Shown here in pieces: positions 34,966 to 47,409 of a DNA stretch of 64,000 nucleotides. The position numbers were made by a program, and so were the translations under genes. Origin of the DNA: Rhodospirillales bacterium (lineage in GTDB: Bacteria > Pseudomonadota > Alphaproteobacteria > Bin95); assembly GCA_038143065.1 (NCBI GenBank), contig JAYQLI010000035.1, forward strand, positions 1,184,893 to 1,248,892, written 5' to 3'. The notes under the pieces are model-generated. The model was not told the origin of the DNA. It was given only the letters and a program-made list of their open reading frames with translations, and made no database searches. Position 1 is the stretch's first letter; each line of letters begins with the position of its first letter.

Positions 34966-36555
34966 CTAGTAGCCTAAAGCTATTCCATCTTTACGAGGAT
35001 CTGATCCACCGACGAGAGTACCATTCTTGTGATCGATAAAAATAGCCTGTCCACCACCATGTGGCATTCCAATATTTGTTATTTTATGACCACGACTGGC
35101 CAATATCTCTGCCGCAACCTTGCTAATGCCGCGCTCCACCTCAACGTTACCCTCGAACGCGAATATCCTAGGCAGATCCATCGCTTCTTGCGGGTCTAGA
35201 CCAAAGTCAAACATCGAAGAAAGTGTCCATGCATGCCCTACGGGTTGGAAATGCCCACCCATGACCCCGAATGGCATTACAGGTCGCGAGTCTTTGGCTA
35301 CCATTCCAGGAATAATGGTATGCATGGGCCGCTTCTTCGGCTCAATTTGGTTTGGGTGCCCATCTTCAAGCGTAAAGCCAAAACCTCGATTTTGGAGAAT
35401 AACACCCGACTTAGCTGCAACAATACCGCTACCAAACCCCTTAAAGAGACTATTGATAAACGAACAAGCGTTACCGTCAGCATCAACAACGGAGATGTAA
35501 ACAGTGTTGCCTTGCGGAGGCATGCCAGCCGGCGGCAAATCACAGGCCGCATGCATATCATCAATAGAACTTGCAAGCTTAGCGGCGTAGTCCTTCGACA
35601 GAAGAATATCTAATGGAACATCAGAAAAGGCTGGGTCGGCAATGAAAGCATTTCGGTCACGATATGCGAGCTTTGTTGCCTCTATAAGATGATGAAGCCT
35701 TGTTACATCAAGTGGCGCTCCAGCTATTGGCAATGCTTCCAACATGTTGATTAAGAGTAGAGCAATTGCTCCAACACCATTAGGTGGCAATTCAAAAACA
35801 TCATATCCACGGAAGGTCGAATGTATTGGATTTACATACTCCCCGGAGTGTTCCGAAAAATCAGATAGATCGTGCAATCCACCCTTAGTGTTTAACGTGG
35901 CGACAATATCTTCCGCTACTGCACCCTCATAGAAAGCACTTCGACCTTTCTCAGCGATCGCTCTCAAAGTGGCAGCAAGTGCAGGTTGCCTGAAGTTTTC
36001 ACCTGCAGTTGGAAGCTTACCCGCAGAATTGAAGTATATTTCCCGCGCGCCCGTATCCTTAGAGAGCTTTCCATGCCCATTTGCAAAGTCGACGGCTGGG
36101 CGCTCATGAACGGCAAAGCCCTCTTGCGCATAACGAATTGCAGGCTGAAGAATTCGATCTAAACCCCGACGCCCGTGATCTCGAGACAGTGTTTCCCAAG
36201 CATCTATAGCACCAGGGACTGTTACGACATGAGCACTAGTGGGATCCAATTCCTTGATACCCTGATCCTTAAAGAATTCGATATTTGCCTTGGCTGGTGC
36301 GCGACCCGAACCATTGAAGCCTATTGGAACTGCAGCATCAGAGGGTTGATAAAGACAAAAGCAGTCACCACCAATTCCTGTTGAACCTGGCTCGGTTACA
36401 CACTGGACCGCACAGGCGGCAATTGCAGCGTCCAGAGCATTTCCACCTGCCATGAGAATTTCAATTGCAGCTAGCGTAGACGATGGTTGACTAGTAGACG
36501 CCATGGCATTTCCCGAACGGGCGGCTGACCTGCCAGGCAAGTGAAGATCACGCAT
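34966..36555 (-). CDS. ggt: Gamma-glutamyltransferase family protein
   Basis: GGNALDAAIA, GIGGDCF, nucleophile NTVYISVVD, KRPMHTIIPG, GVMGG, SDPRKDG; no signal peptide. Confidence 0.9.
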   Translation of the reverse strand: MRDLHLPGRSAARSGNAMASTSQPSSTLAAIEILMAGGNALDAAIAACAVQCVTEPGSTGIGGDCFCLYQPSDAAVPIGFNGSGRAPAKANIEFFKDQGIKELDPTSAHVVTVPGAIDAWETLSRDHGRRGLDRILQPAIRYAQEGFAVHERPAVDFANGHGKLSKDTGAREIYFNSAGKLPTAGENFRQPALAATLRAIAEKGRSAFYEGAVAEDIVATLNTKGGLHDLSDFSEHSGEYVNPIHSTFRGYDVFELPPNGVGAIALLLINMLEALPIAGAPLDVTRLHHLIEATKLAYRDRNAFIADPAFSDVPLDILLSKDYAAKLASSIDDMHAACDLPPAGMPPQGNTVYISVVDADGNACSFINSLFKGFGSGIVAAKSGVILQNRGFGFTLEDGHPNQIEPKKRPMHTIIPGMVAKDSRPVMPFGVMGGHFQPVGHAWTLSSMFDFGLDPQEAMDLPRIFAFEGNVEVERGISKVAAEILASRGHKITNIGMPHGGGQAIFIDHKNGTLVGGSDPRKDGIALGY

Positions 36556-36796
36556 TTATAAATCCTCAATCATCGAGTGAATGGAACTTAGTCCGTATTA
36601 AGCAGCAAGACGTATCAACTAACCTACAGCAGGTTTTTTTTCCAACAAGCCATTTCTTGGAACGTAATTCTAAATTTAACGAGACATTCTGAACGACCAG
36701 TTATTGAAGCTCATGAATGATTTCTATTACAGCGGTGGATATTGGGCAGGAAACAGTTTCCAATTGTTCAAAAGTGAGATTTTCCTATTTCTTTTA

Positions 36797-38563
36797 TCAA
36801 GAAGGCTTGAATTGAAGCTTTGCCAGGCGAGCATAAAGACCATCGGAGGCCATTAGGCTTTCATGCGTGCCTTCCGAAACAATTTGACCTTGATCAAGAA
36901 CCAATATTCGATCTGCATTCTGCACCGTCGCGAGACGATGCGATAATGAGGGTTGTTCTATTTTTTTGCAATCGCTCTAAGGCAACCTGGACACGACCTT
37001 CGCTTTCAGAATCAAGAGCACTAGTCGCCTCGTCAAGCAATAGAATTGGTGGATCACGTAAAATTGCGCGAGCAATTGCAATTCTCTGACGCTGCCCTCC
37101 AGATAACCTTACTCCTTTTTGCCCTAAATCTGACTGAAACCCTTCAGGCATTGCCTCAATAAACTCTAATGCAGCCGCTGCCTCAGCTGCCGCACGAACT
37201 TCAAGGTCAGAGGCGTCTGGTCTTCCAAAGCGAATATTCTCGGCGACAGTTGTTGAAAAAATGGCCGGCTCTTGAGGCACAAAGCCAAAATTACCTCTAA
37301 GAGTGGGTGGATCCATTGCGGAAGTTTTGATCCCATCTAGCATGATTTTGCCAGTCTGCGGATCATAAAAGCGGAGCAAGAGCTGGAAGATTGTAGTTTT
37401 TCCTGCGCCTGATGGACCAACTAACGCTACAGTCTCTCCTGATTGGATTGTAAAAGAGATTTTACGGAGCGCTGGTGTTTCAGGCCGGGCCGGATAATTA
37501 AACGAAACATCCTCAAAACTAATATCACCTTTAGATGGTTTTGATGGATTGACGGGGTTGTCAGGAGATTTGATCATCGGCTCTTCAACCAATAATCCTA
37601 ATAATCGCTCTGTAGCTCCTGCAGCTCTCTGAAGGTCACCCCAAACCTCACTTAAAGCACCAACCCCCCAGCAGTAACAACAGCGTAAAATACAAAAGCT
37701 GATAGCTCACCGCCTGTCATCTCACCCGATAAAACCATCCGACCGCCCAACCATAGGACAAAACCGACAGCTCCGAATACTAGTAAAATTACAGTGGCGG
37801 TTAGCCATGCTCGAGCTCTAATTCTCCTCACTGCACCAGAAAATGCATGTTCAAGCCTTGAAGAGAAGCGCCTTAAATCCGCTTGCTCTTGTGCGAAAGC
37901 TTGAACAATACGGATCGCATTAACACTCTCTTCAACATGTTCAGATACTGCGGCAATACGATCTTGATTTTCACGACTTAAGCGCCTGACTTTACGTCCA
38001 AATATAATTATGGGAGCGACAACAACCGGAATAGCTATCGCCGTCGCCCCTGTTAAGGATGGGCTTGCTATAGACATTAAAATCAAGCCCCCAATTACAA
38101 GCAGAAAATTTCGTGCCGCTATAGAGGCTGCAGAACCAATGACTGTCTGAATCACTTCAGCATCAGCTGTCAAACGTGATAGGACTTCACCTGTAGGCCT
38201 CGTCTCAAAGAATGCCGGACTAAATTGAAGTACTCTTGCGTAAACGGCACGGCGTAGGTCAGCAACAACGCGTTCACCAATCCAAGTCACGAGAAAATAT
38301 CTACCAAACGTGCCTAACGCGAGCAGTACGATCATAACCGCAAGCCATAATAACGCAGAGTTCAGTACACCTGGATCATTAGCTGAAAAGCCAAAATCAA
38401 TTAGCTTTCGCAACCCCATCCCGATAGTCAGAACGGCACCAGCGGCAAGAAACAATGCCAATAAGGCCCCAAAAACCCAAGCTTTATATGGCTTAAGAAA
38501 TGGCCCCAACATTAGAAGTGGCTTCAAGTCACTTCTTCGTCTCACGGGCGCTTTATTGGTCAC
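36797..38563 (-). CDS. MsbA-related ABC exporter (TMD+NBD); frameshifts at ~37670 and ~36940
   Basis: [44 protein letters not shown]; restored end IAHRLATV...[14 protein letters not shown] at 36797. Confidence 0.9.
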
Positions 38564-38654
38564 TGAGCAAAAGCCCTTTCTAAACAGACATTACTCCGTT
38601 CGCGTAGCGCAGCCGATACACCCAGGTCAACCGGTACGGCAGTCGCAGGACTAT

Positions 38655-40051
38655 TTAATGATCCCAACGAGCCTCATGAGCATTTAAAGGGGAAGCCGGC
38701 AAATCCCACCTTGGTGGAGTATCTGACAGTTCCGTCGCCATTGGGACTCTGCGGACCTGACCATAAGGACCATTTTCTTCTACCATATGCTCAGCAATGC
38801 TTGCTTCCGAAGGGGCCTCTGCATTAATGGCGTCAATCTCTCCCAAGTCTTCAAGCCATCTTCCAGTCCAGGCTAGCGCTGTACGGACGCGCCAAGCACC
38901 CCTTCTTCCCGTTGACGTTTTAAAGCACTCATCGCGGCAGCCGCCATTAAATAACCACACCCATGATCGAGAGCCTGAGCTGGAAGGGACTTTGGTGCCC
39001 CATCTGCAAGACCAGCCGCTCGACCTCCTGCTTCGGCAATACCGGAGACCGTTTGCACTATAGAGTCAAACCCGCGTCTGGATGCCCAAGTCCCCTCATA
39101 GCCAAAAGCACAAAGGGTTACAGACACGATAGAAGGATTAATTTCTTTCACGGCGTCGGGCCCGAGACCCGCTTGATCAAGCGACCCAGGCCTATATCCT
39201 TGAACCACGATATCGGCCTCGCCAACCAGTTTTTCAAATATCTTCCGACCTTCAGCCGTCTTAACATCTAGCATGGCATTTCGCTTACCTGCTCCACCAT
39301 CAAGGATAAGTGGACCACGATCCGGATATCTAGGAGGGGTTATCCTCAACACATCAGCACCAAATGCTGCAAGCGTGCGACCGCAAACTGGTCCAGCTAT
39401 CACTCGTGTCATATCAAGCACACGGATACCTGACAGCGGTCTAGTAGGGGAACTTTTCCATGACTTGGCGTCTGACTCACCAAAACGTTCGATCTCGGTT
39501 AAGCGCGTACCCTCTAGAGCACGCCCTTGGGGAGTTGCCCTCCATTCAGATTTTGATCGCATCATTCCACCGGGAAGACCGTGATCAATCATGACTTGCT
39601 CAACCTCAAGACCGGTCATTTTGTTTAAAACAGACTGCATCCCAGCTCGAGAAATTGGTGCTCGAAACGCAGCGGTTGTGGCAGCCATATGGTGGGTGTA
39701 ATTGCAGTGGAGTTGGACCCAACGACCATCGCCGCATTTATAATGCCCTGAGATGTCATCCCAAATGTATTCGGGCTCGACTCCGACGACATGAACGTGT
39801 CGTTCCGAATTAAAACCAATGGAAGCGGCCTCGCGGTTTACAGAGACCGTTTGGTCACGGCCAGTTCGTGCTCGCCACACTTCAGCTGCAGCAAGTCCTG
39901 CAGCTCCCTCAGTAACTTGAGCACAAAGGCCGACTTTGAAGGCAGAGGGCAAACCGGGTCCTTCTCCTGAGAAACTTATACTCTCCGTTGCTTCTGAGCG
40001 TCCAAGCTCCGCCCAAACATCAGCAAAGACCTTCGACGTTTCGCTAACCAC
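38655..40051 (-). CDS. Long-form CaiB/BaiF CoA-transferase family protein; frameshift at ~38950
   Basis: GLPSAFKVG, YKCGDGRWVQLHCNY, RVLDMTRVIAGPVCGRTLA, QGYRPG, RRGFDS, LPAQALDH. Confidence 0.85.
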
Positions 40052-40054
40052 TGC

Positions 40055-41748
40055 CTATACGGCTCCGGCTGCTCGGGAAACTTCTTCCATCTTTTCCAAT
40101 GTAGTAGTAGTTGAAATAATGTTTGGGTCCATTTTTATGTTGATTACCGAAGGCCTTTCCGAAGCTAAAGCTCGGTCAAGAGCAGGTCCAAATTCAGCTG
40201 TTTTTTCAACTGTTTCTCCATGACAGCCATAAGCCTCAACCAACTTATGGAAATCAGGATTCTTAAGCTCAATTGCTATTGCACGACCTGGATGACGCTT
40301 TGCTTGGTGTGCACGAATGGTGCCATACATCCCGTTGTTAAAAAGAAAAATCACTGGATTACCGCCGTATTGGGCTGCAGTGGCTAATTCTTGACTGGTC
40401 ATCATGAAACCGCCATCTCCAACGAAACCAAAAACCTTTCGATTGGGAAATGCTAAGGCTGCTCCAACAGCAGCTGGTACTGCATAGCCCATCGCCCCAC
40501 TGGTAGGAGCCGCAAATGTATGTAGTTGTTGGAATTGCATATAACGCATAGCCCAACCGGAAAAATTACCCGCATCAACAGTTACGATTGAGTCTGCATC
40601 AGCCCTTTTTCGGATTTCTGCCATGCACGTTGCAAGGTCAAGGTCTCCTCCGCGGCAATTGGAGTTGCCCATTTTTCGAAATCAGCTCTAGCTGTTTCTC
40701 GCCAGTCAGCCCACGTGACCTGGCTACTTTTGAGTGCTTTTGCTGCTGCAGCGAAGGCAGACATGCCAGACTGAATGCCAAGATCAGGTTGATAAACACT
40801 TCCTATTTCTTCGGCAGATGCATGGATATGTATAAACTTCTTTGACGGCTTAGGACTCTCCATCATGGAATAGCCTTGGGTAGTAATTTCACCAAGCCGT
40901 GCACCAAGCACTAAAAGCAAATCAGCATCTTTCACCATTTGGAGAAGCTTTGGAGCAGGTGCAGTTGAAAGATCTCCAACAAACCGATCACCAAAATGGT
41001 TAATGATATCCAGGCGGCGAAATGAGCAAGCCACTGGAAGGTCCCAAGTTTTAGCAAAACTTTGGATATCGTCAGCTGCTTGCTGACTCCATCCACCACC
41101 ACCAACCACCAACAAAGGCCGTTCTGCGTTCTTTAACATTTCAACCATAGCTTGCATGTCTTCTGTGCTCGGCGCGGCACGGGTGTACCGATAAGGAGCT
41201 GCATCAGCCACACTTGAAAAATCACGGAGCATGTCTTCTGGTAATGCCAATGCAACCGGACCAGGCCTGCCTGACATGGCGACAGAAAAAGCACGAGCGA
41301 TATATTCCGGCACCCGCTCCACATCCTCAATCTGCGCGGTCCACTTTGTGACCTGACCAAGCATCCGCCTGTAGTCAATTTCTTGAAAAGCTTCGCGATC
41401 AAACTGATCTCGCGCCACCTGACCAATGAGCATTATAAGTGGGGTAGAATCTTGGTAAGCAGTGTGAAGTCCAATAACTCCATGACAGGCACCTGGCCCC
41501 CGGGTAACCATAACGACCCCCGGCTTACCAGTTAATTTGCCATAGGCTTCAGCAGCATTGGCAGCACCTGTCTCATTTCTACAGGTGTAAAGCTTGAAAT
41601 CCTTATGATCATAAAGCGCGTCCAAAAGCTCCAGATAACTCTCGCCTGCCACGCAAAATGCAGTGTCACAGCCATGAATACGAAGCTGATCAGCTAAGAC
41701 CTGGCCACCGTTCCGCATGTTAGTATTGGCCTTGGTTGAGACGGACAT
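40055..41748 (-). CDS. Thiamine-diphosphate-dependent enzyme (acetolactate synthase-like); frameshift at ~40650
   Basis: GESYL, catalytic RNETGA, VTRGPG, REAFQEID, SGAMGY, GDGGFMM...NNGMYGTIR. Confidence 0.9.
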
Positions 41749-41816
41749 GAAAACGCTCCTGATTACTGATTTGTTCTCTTGCAGAAGACCCTTCAGAGCC
41801 CTCGGTGTCAATTGCG

Positions 41817-41845
41817 CTTGTAGTTAATTCAGTTCTGCCTATATT
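41817..41845 (+). promoter_or_regulatory. Possible sigma70 promoter of typA
   Basis: CTTGTAG followed 16 nt later by TATATT, about 70 nt upstream of the ATG. Confidence 0.35.
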
Positions 41846-41914
41846 CCCGGAAAAATTTCCCTAACCTAGCCCGCACGATTTTCGCGCTTGGCACGCCCAA
41901 GGACGCTTCTCGCG

Positions 41915-43750
41915 ATGGATATTCGCAACATTGCAATAATTGCCCATGTCGATCATGGAAAAACAACTCTAGTAGATTGTCTTTTAAAGCAATCAGGAGC
42001 CTTTCGTGAAAATCAGCGCGTGATGGAACGCGCGATGGACTCCAACGATCTAGAACAGGAACGCGGGATTACAATCTTGGCGAAGTGCACATCCGTGGAA
42101 TGGAAGGATGTACGTATAAATATTGTCGACACCCCCGGACACGCAGACTTCGGTGGCGAGGTTGAACGGATCTTAGGAATGGTAGATGGAGTCTGTCTTT
42201 TAGTAGATGCTGCTGAAGGTCCGATGCCTCAGACAAAATTCGTACTTTCGAAGGCATTAGCACTTGGTCTTAAGCCAATTGTAGTTGTTAACAAAGTCGA
42301 TAAACCAGAACAACGAGCCTACAAGGTCCAGGATGAAACTTTTGATCTCTTTGGCGTACTCGGCGCCAATGAGGACCAGCTCGACTTTCCATGTGTTTTC
42401 GCCTCTGCCAAAGCTGGCTGGGCTAGCTTAGACCCTGAACAAACTGGCGTAGACATGGCTCCTTTGTTCGACTTGATTGTTCAACACACACCTGAGCCAG
42501 AAGTATCTGTAAATACGCCTTTCAGAATGCTCGCTACTACTTTAGAGAGCAATCCCTATCTTGGACGTATACTGACAGGCCGGATTGAAAGCGGCTCTAT
42601 TAAGGCGAACGCACCAGTGCACGCGCTTAACCGAGATGGTGAACGCATTGAAGCTGGTCGCGTAACTAAAATTTTAGCTTTTCGCGGGTTGGAGAGACAA
42701 CCGATCGAAGAAGCTTTTGCGGGAGATATCGTTGCATTAGCCGGCTTAGCCGAGGCTACCGTCGCTGATACTGTTGCGAGCCCTGATGTCACCGAACCTT
42801 TACCAGCCCAACCTATTGACCCTTCAACGCTAGCCATGACGTTTTCTATTAATGACAGTCCTTTGGCAGGTCAGGATGGCGACAAGGTAACATCAAGACA
42901 AATCCGCGATCGACTAATGCGCGAAGCAGAAGGCAATGTTGCGATCCGCGTGACTGATACTTCGGATAAGGACGCGTTTGAGGTTTCAGGCCGAGGAGAA
43001 CTGCAATTAGCTGTCCTGATAGAGCAAATGCGACGTGAAGGTTATGAACTTTCAGTGAGCCGTCCTCGCGTCCTCTTCCGTAACAATCCCGAAACTGGGA
43101 AACGCGAAGAGCCTATGGAAGAGGTCTTCGTTGACGTTGATGAAGAATATGGTGGTTCAGTGGTTTCATCGATCTCTGAACGAAAAGGTGAATTGCAGGA
43201 GTTGCGTCCGTCGGGTGGTGGAAAACAGAGACTCGTTTTTCTTGCGCCTGCTCGCGGTTTGATTGGGTACCACGGTCAATTTCTCACTGAAACGCGCGGA
43301 ACTGGAATTATGAACCGCGTCTTTCACTCTTATGGCCCTTATAAGGGTCCTATAGCTGCTAGGAGAACAGGGGTTCTCATTTCTATGGAAAATGGAAAAG
43401 CCTCTCCATATGCTCTCTTCAATCTTGAAGAACGCGGTTATTTGTTCATTCCTTCAGGGGTACCTGTGTATCAAGGAATGATCATTGGAGAGAATGCCAA
43501 ACCGTCAGATCTAGAAGTAAACCCGCTCAAGGCAAAACAGCTAACGAACTTTAGGGCTGCGGGTAAAGACGATGCTGTTACGTTAACTACTCCAATTGAC
43601 ATGACCTTAGAAAAGGCCCTCGCCTATATTGCTGAAGATGAGCTCGTAGAGGTGACACCAAAAGTCATTCGATTGCGCAAACGGTTTCTCGACCCTCATG
43701 AGAGAAAACGCGAGGCCCGTAAAGCTGCGGCGGTGGAAGCTGCAGAATAA
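41915..43750 (+). CDS. typA: Translational GTPase TypA/BipA
   Basis: [57 protein letters not shown]. Confidence 0.98.
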   Translation: MDIRNIAIIAHVDHGKTTLVDCLLKQSGAFRENQRVMERAMDSNDLEQERGITILAKCTSVEWKDVRINIVDTPGHADFGGEVERILGMVDGVCLLVDAAEGPMPQTKFVLSKALALGLKPIVVVNKVDKPEQRAYKVQDETFDLFGVLGANEDQLDFPCVFASAKAGWASLDPEQTGVDMAPLFDLIVQHTPEPEVSVNTPFRMLATTLESNPYLGRILTGRIESGSIKANAPVHALNRDGERIEAGRVTKILAFRGLERQPIEEAFAGDIVALAGLAEATVADTVASPDVTEPLPAQPIDPSTLAMTFSINDSPLAGQDGDKVTSRQIRDRLMREAEGNVAIRVTDTSDKDAFEVSGRGELQLAVLIEQMRREGYELSVSRPRVLFRNNPETGKREEPMEEVFVDVDEEYGGSVVSSISERKGELQELRPSGGGKQRLVFLAPARGLIGYHGQFLTETRGTGIMNRVFHSYGPYKGPIAARRTGVLISMENGKASPYALFNLEERGYLFIPSGVPVYQGMIIGENAKPSDLEVNPLKAKQLTNFRAAGKDDAVTLTTPIDMTLEKALAYIAEDELVEVTPKVIRLRKRFLDPHERKREARKAAAVEAAE

Positions 43751-45381
43751 CTATTCTGCAGCCATTAACCCGTCTTCAATATCTCGATGGATCCTTGCGT
43801 TAGGACGCTCTTGGGGAGGACCATATCCTCCCCGGCCGCAGTTTGAACAATCAGTCGATCGCCTTTGCGAAGAGAAAATTGGCATTTGGAAGGAAGATCA
43901 ATTGTCTCCTCTCCTCGAATTACTTGGTTCTGTGCCGTAGAGCCTGAATGACCGCCAAATATTCCATCTGCGGCAATTTTAAATCGATCACCATAAGTGG
44001 CAAAGGTGACCCCATCTTCGAGTATTTCGTAAACCTTTCGGAAAGCCAGCCCGCCGCGCATGCGGCCACGACCAGCAGAGTCCTTAATAAAGCTATAATC
44101 AATACATCTAAAAAATTGGTGATCCATGTCTGTTGCTTCAACCGGAATGTTGGCGCAATTTGATAGTGGGCTATCCGCGCCGTCTATCCCATCATTTCTA
44201 GGCCCTGCTCCATATCCACCCCCAAAAATCTCTAAATAAATGTCATAACCATCTGGCCCTAACCACGACAAACAGCACGCTGTTGTAGTGTCAGTACCTG
44301 TTGCAATAACGCTCTCGGGAGTGGCCTTTGAAAGTGCCTTCATCACAGCATCAAATGCTCTATAACTGGGTAAAAGGCGTGCTCGAACCGGTGCTGGGTA
44401 GCGAGGATTTAAGATAGACCCCTCTGGAGCTTCTACTGATATTGCTCGAGAACAACCGTCGTTAAATGGAATATCAGGATCAGTCAAAACAGATTTTACA
44501 GCTGCCACTGCGGCAGAGACCGTTGAGGCAAAAGGGTTATTCATGTTGGAATTGACTTGATCGCTTGTACCAGAAAAATCGATAGCCATGGTGTCACCTG
44601 CGATGGTTACACTCGCTTTCACTTTGATAGGCCCTGATCCCTGACCATCATCATCAATTGCATCTTCACCTTTGTATATTCCATCAGGCGCAGCTCTAAG
44701 AGCGTTACGTATCCGACGTTCAGAGTAGTCGAGCATCTCACTCATTGCTGCAGCGAGCTTAGATGACCCATATTTGTTAGCGAGCGCGATTAATCTCTCT
44801 GCGCCAACTGCATTGGCGGCAAATTGAGCATCTATGTCACCAAGGGTTGCATCGGGCATACGCACATTGGCTCGAACGAAAGTTTCCCATGGGCCACGAA
44901 CCCAATCCCGGTCTCTATTGAGTTTAAGAGCAGGAAATATAAGACCCTCTGAATGGATGTCGGTGGCATTTGGATTAAGACCAGGCGCTCCTCCCCCAAG
45001 ATCTATGTGGGGCACGACAGTCGCTGAAAAACCAATTCGCTGCCCTTGGAAAAATATTGGACTGAAAAGGAAAATATCCTGAATATGCTGTCCACCAAGA
45101 TAAGCGTCGTTTGTGATGAAAAAATCACCCTCTGCTAAAGAGTCTAATTCATGACGTTCTGAGCAGTATCGAAAAGTGTGCGTTATGGATCCCAATTGCA
45201 TTGGTATAAGCTCTGCTTGTGCTACGACGCTTCCATCTGATGTCATCAAAGCAGCAGAGCAATCCTCAGCCTCGCGGACTATGGGAGAATGAGCAGATCG
45301 TATTAACTTTGCACCCATTTCTTGGGCTGCTGCGACCAGCGATTGCGCAATCACAGCTTGTTCAAGCGGGTCAAGAGCCAT
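43751..45381 (-). CDS. Hydantoinase B / oxoprolinase subunit; frameshift near the C-terminus
   Basis: SPIVREAEDCSAA, NDAYLGGQHIQD, HIDLGG, ANVRMP; restored end TAAGGGYGPP..R...DIEDGLMAAE* at 43751. Confidence 0.9.
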
Positions 45382-45384
45382 GAA

Positions 45385-47409
45385 TTAAGCTTCCTTTTGA
45401 ATAAGGATGTTACCGGATGGATCAAGATGAGTTGACCATCCAACAGGGATAAAGACTGTCGCAAAACCATCATCTATCAGTATTGGGCCATGAATTACTT
45501 TTTCCTTCAAAGCCGCTCGAGAAACTAACAACGCCTTATGTATTTTTCCGCGTTCAAAAAGTTCAATTTCAGTTTCAACTGCCCCATCAAAGTTCAGAGA
45601 TGTTTCAGGAAATGCTGGTGGAGCCAATGAGCCGCCGGCCCTGTATGCAACAATTTCAATTGCTTCCCCCTTGGGTTTAGCAAAGGAATACAACTGCTCA
45701 TGGGCCTTTCTGAATAGATCTTCCAAATCTTCATGGGAGAGGTTAGGTAAGTCGGACTCAGAAATGCTCACCGGCGCTTCAAACGCTTGGCCTCGATAAC
45801 GCATATCCAAGAGATAAGAAAAAGTATCTGGTTGTTGTATCTTGTGCTCAGCAAAATGCGATTTAATTGAATCATTCAGCGCTGTGAAGTGCTTCCGTAC
45901 TATCTCTGGTGCAGCCAAGTTCAGTGGCTGCCTATCTGTAAGTGCGTCATACCTAGCATAGTCTGCTACAAGCAACCCAAGGGCCGATAATACCCCAGCA
46001 AAGGGAGGTATAATAACAGATGAAAGCCCAATTTCTTCGGCAACACGAACCGCATGCATTGGTCCTGCACCACCAAATGCGACTAATGAGTAATCTCTGG
46101 GATCCCTACCACGTTCAGTCGATATCCGCTGAATAGCACGCGCAATATTGGACTCTGCAAGCTGAATGGCCGCGTCTGCTATTTCTAAAATTGATTTACC
46201 AAATTGATTGGCGAGAGAGTCAAACGATCGGCATGCTTTTTCAACGTCTAAATGCATATCCCCAGCCAGGAAGGCTTCAGCTTGCATAGTTCCGCGCACG
46301 ACATGAGCATCAGTGATAGTTGGAGCCATTCCACCTCGGCCATAACATGCCGGACCAGGGTCAGCGCCGGCACTCTCAGGCCCCACCCGCAACATACCTC
46401 CATCATCTATCCAAACGAGTGAACCACCACCGGCCCCAACGGTAGCCATGTCAATGACGGGGGTTTTGACGGGCAGACCGCCAATCTCAGTAATTGAAGC
46501 TAAAGAAGGTTGACCATCGGGTGCCAGACAAACGTCCGTCGAAGTGCCTCCCACATCTAAAGTAATAAAGTTTTTGTGACCTGAACGTGCAGCTTGTCGA
46601 ACTGCGCCCACTACCCCAGCAGCTGGGCCGGAAAATAAGGCAGAAATTGCATTCTCTGCCATAGCAGCGGCCGGCATTCTTCCACCGTTAGACTGCATTA
46701 CTGAAAAAGCCCCATCGAAGGCTTGTTCAGTGAGAGTAGCCTCAAAACGCTTAAGGTATCGACTAACTACTGGCTGAACATACGCTGAAAGAGTAGTTGT
46801 GGAGGCTCTTTCATATTCTCGAAATTCTTGTGCGACTTTATGAGATGGTGCCGTTGGCATTCCCGGAAACATCTCTTCTATAATTCGAACAAGGGCCTCT
46901 TCATGTAAGGGGTTTACGAAGCTATTAAGAAGGCAAATCGCAACAGCATCAAATTCTCTCTCGCTAAGGAGGGAAAGAATAGATTTGCGCGCATTTGTTT
47001 CATTCAGTGCTGTTACTATTTCCCCATTAGGGCCAAGTCGCTCCTCAACTTCTATCGTATCTCGCCGACGAACAACGGGCTCCGGCTTTTCATAGTGAAG
47101 GTCATAGATTCTGCGTCGTTGATGCCGCTGAAGAAGCAGAAGATCTCTGAATCCTTTAGTTACTATCAGAGCAACCCTTGCGCCCTTCCTTTCTAATATG
47201 GCGTTCGTGGCCACGGTTGAGCCATGAGCAAGTTCACCAAGGCCTGCAATGTCAACGCTACCTTTGATTAACGCATTAAAAGCACCCTGATCAGGTGACT
47301 GCGGCGTAGAGGGTGCTTTTGCAACTGCAATGCGCCCGTTTTCCACGTATACAAGATCCGTAAAAGTTCCGCCTACCTCAACCCCCGCACGCGAAAAGCT
47401 GCCCGTCAC
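45385..47409 (-). CDS. Hydantoinase A / oxoprolinase (ATP-binding) subunit
   Basis: EVGGTFTD, HGSTVATNA, SGPAAG, DVGGTSTD, GAGGGS, FGGAGPMHA; GTG start at 47409 with CAGGAGG RBS. Confidence 0.92.
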   Translation of the reverse strand: MTGSFSRAGVEVGGTFTDLVYVENGRIAVAKAPSTPQSPDQGAFNALIKGSVDIAGLGELAHGSTVATNAILERKGARVALIVTKGFRDLLLLQRHQRRRIYDLHYEKPEPVVRRRDTIEVEERLGPNGEIVTALNETNARKSILSLLSEREFDAVAICLLNSFVNPLHEEALVRIIEEMFPGMPTAPSHKVAQEFREYERASTTTLSAYVQPVVSRYLKRFEATLTEQAFDGAFSVMQSNGGRMPAAAMAENAISALFSGPAAGVVGAVRQAARSGHKNFITLDVGGTSTDVCLAPDGQPSLASITEIGGLPVKTPVIDMATVGAGGGSLVWIDDGGMLRVGPESAGADPGPACYGRGGMAPTITDAHVVRGTMQAEAFLAGDMHLDVEKACRSFDSLANQFGKSILEIADAAIQLAESNIARAIQRISTERGRDPRDYSLVAFGGAGPMHAVRVAEEIGLSSVIIPPFAGVLSALGLLVADYARYDALTDRQPLNLAAPEIVRKHFTALNDSIKSHFAEHKIQQPDTFSYLLDMRYRGQAFEAPVSISESDLPNLSHEDLEDLFRKAHEQLYSFAKPKGEAIEIVAYRAGGSLAPPAFPETSLNFDGAVETEIELFERGKIHKALLVSRAALKEKVIHGPILIDDGFATVFIPVGWSTHLDPSGNILIQKEA

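Noticed and set aside
36556-36796. 240-nt spacer upstream of ggt as an sRNA or riboswitch
   Set aside because: I could not recognise a convincing stem-loop, riboswitch motif or ORF by eye; an Rfam search would settle it.
41888-41905. TTGGCACG upstream of typA (and TGGCGT upstream of hydantoinase A) as sigma54 promoters
   Set aside because: There is no TTGC -12 element at the required spacing.
27668-47409. GST, GGT and oxoprolinase-like genes as one glutathione-cycle cluster
   Set aside because: They are kilobases apart in separate transcription units, and each family has many other substrates.
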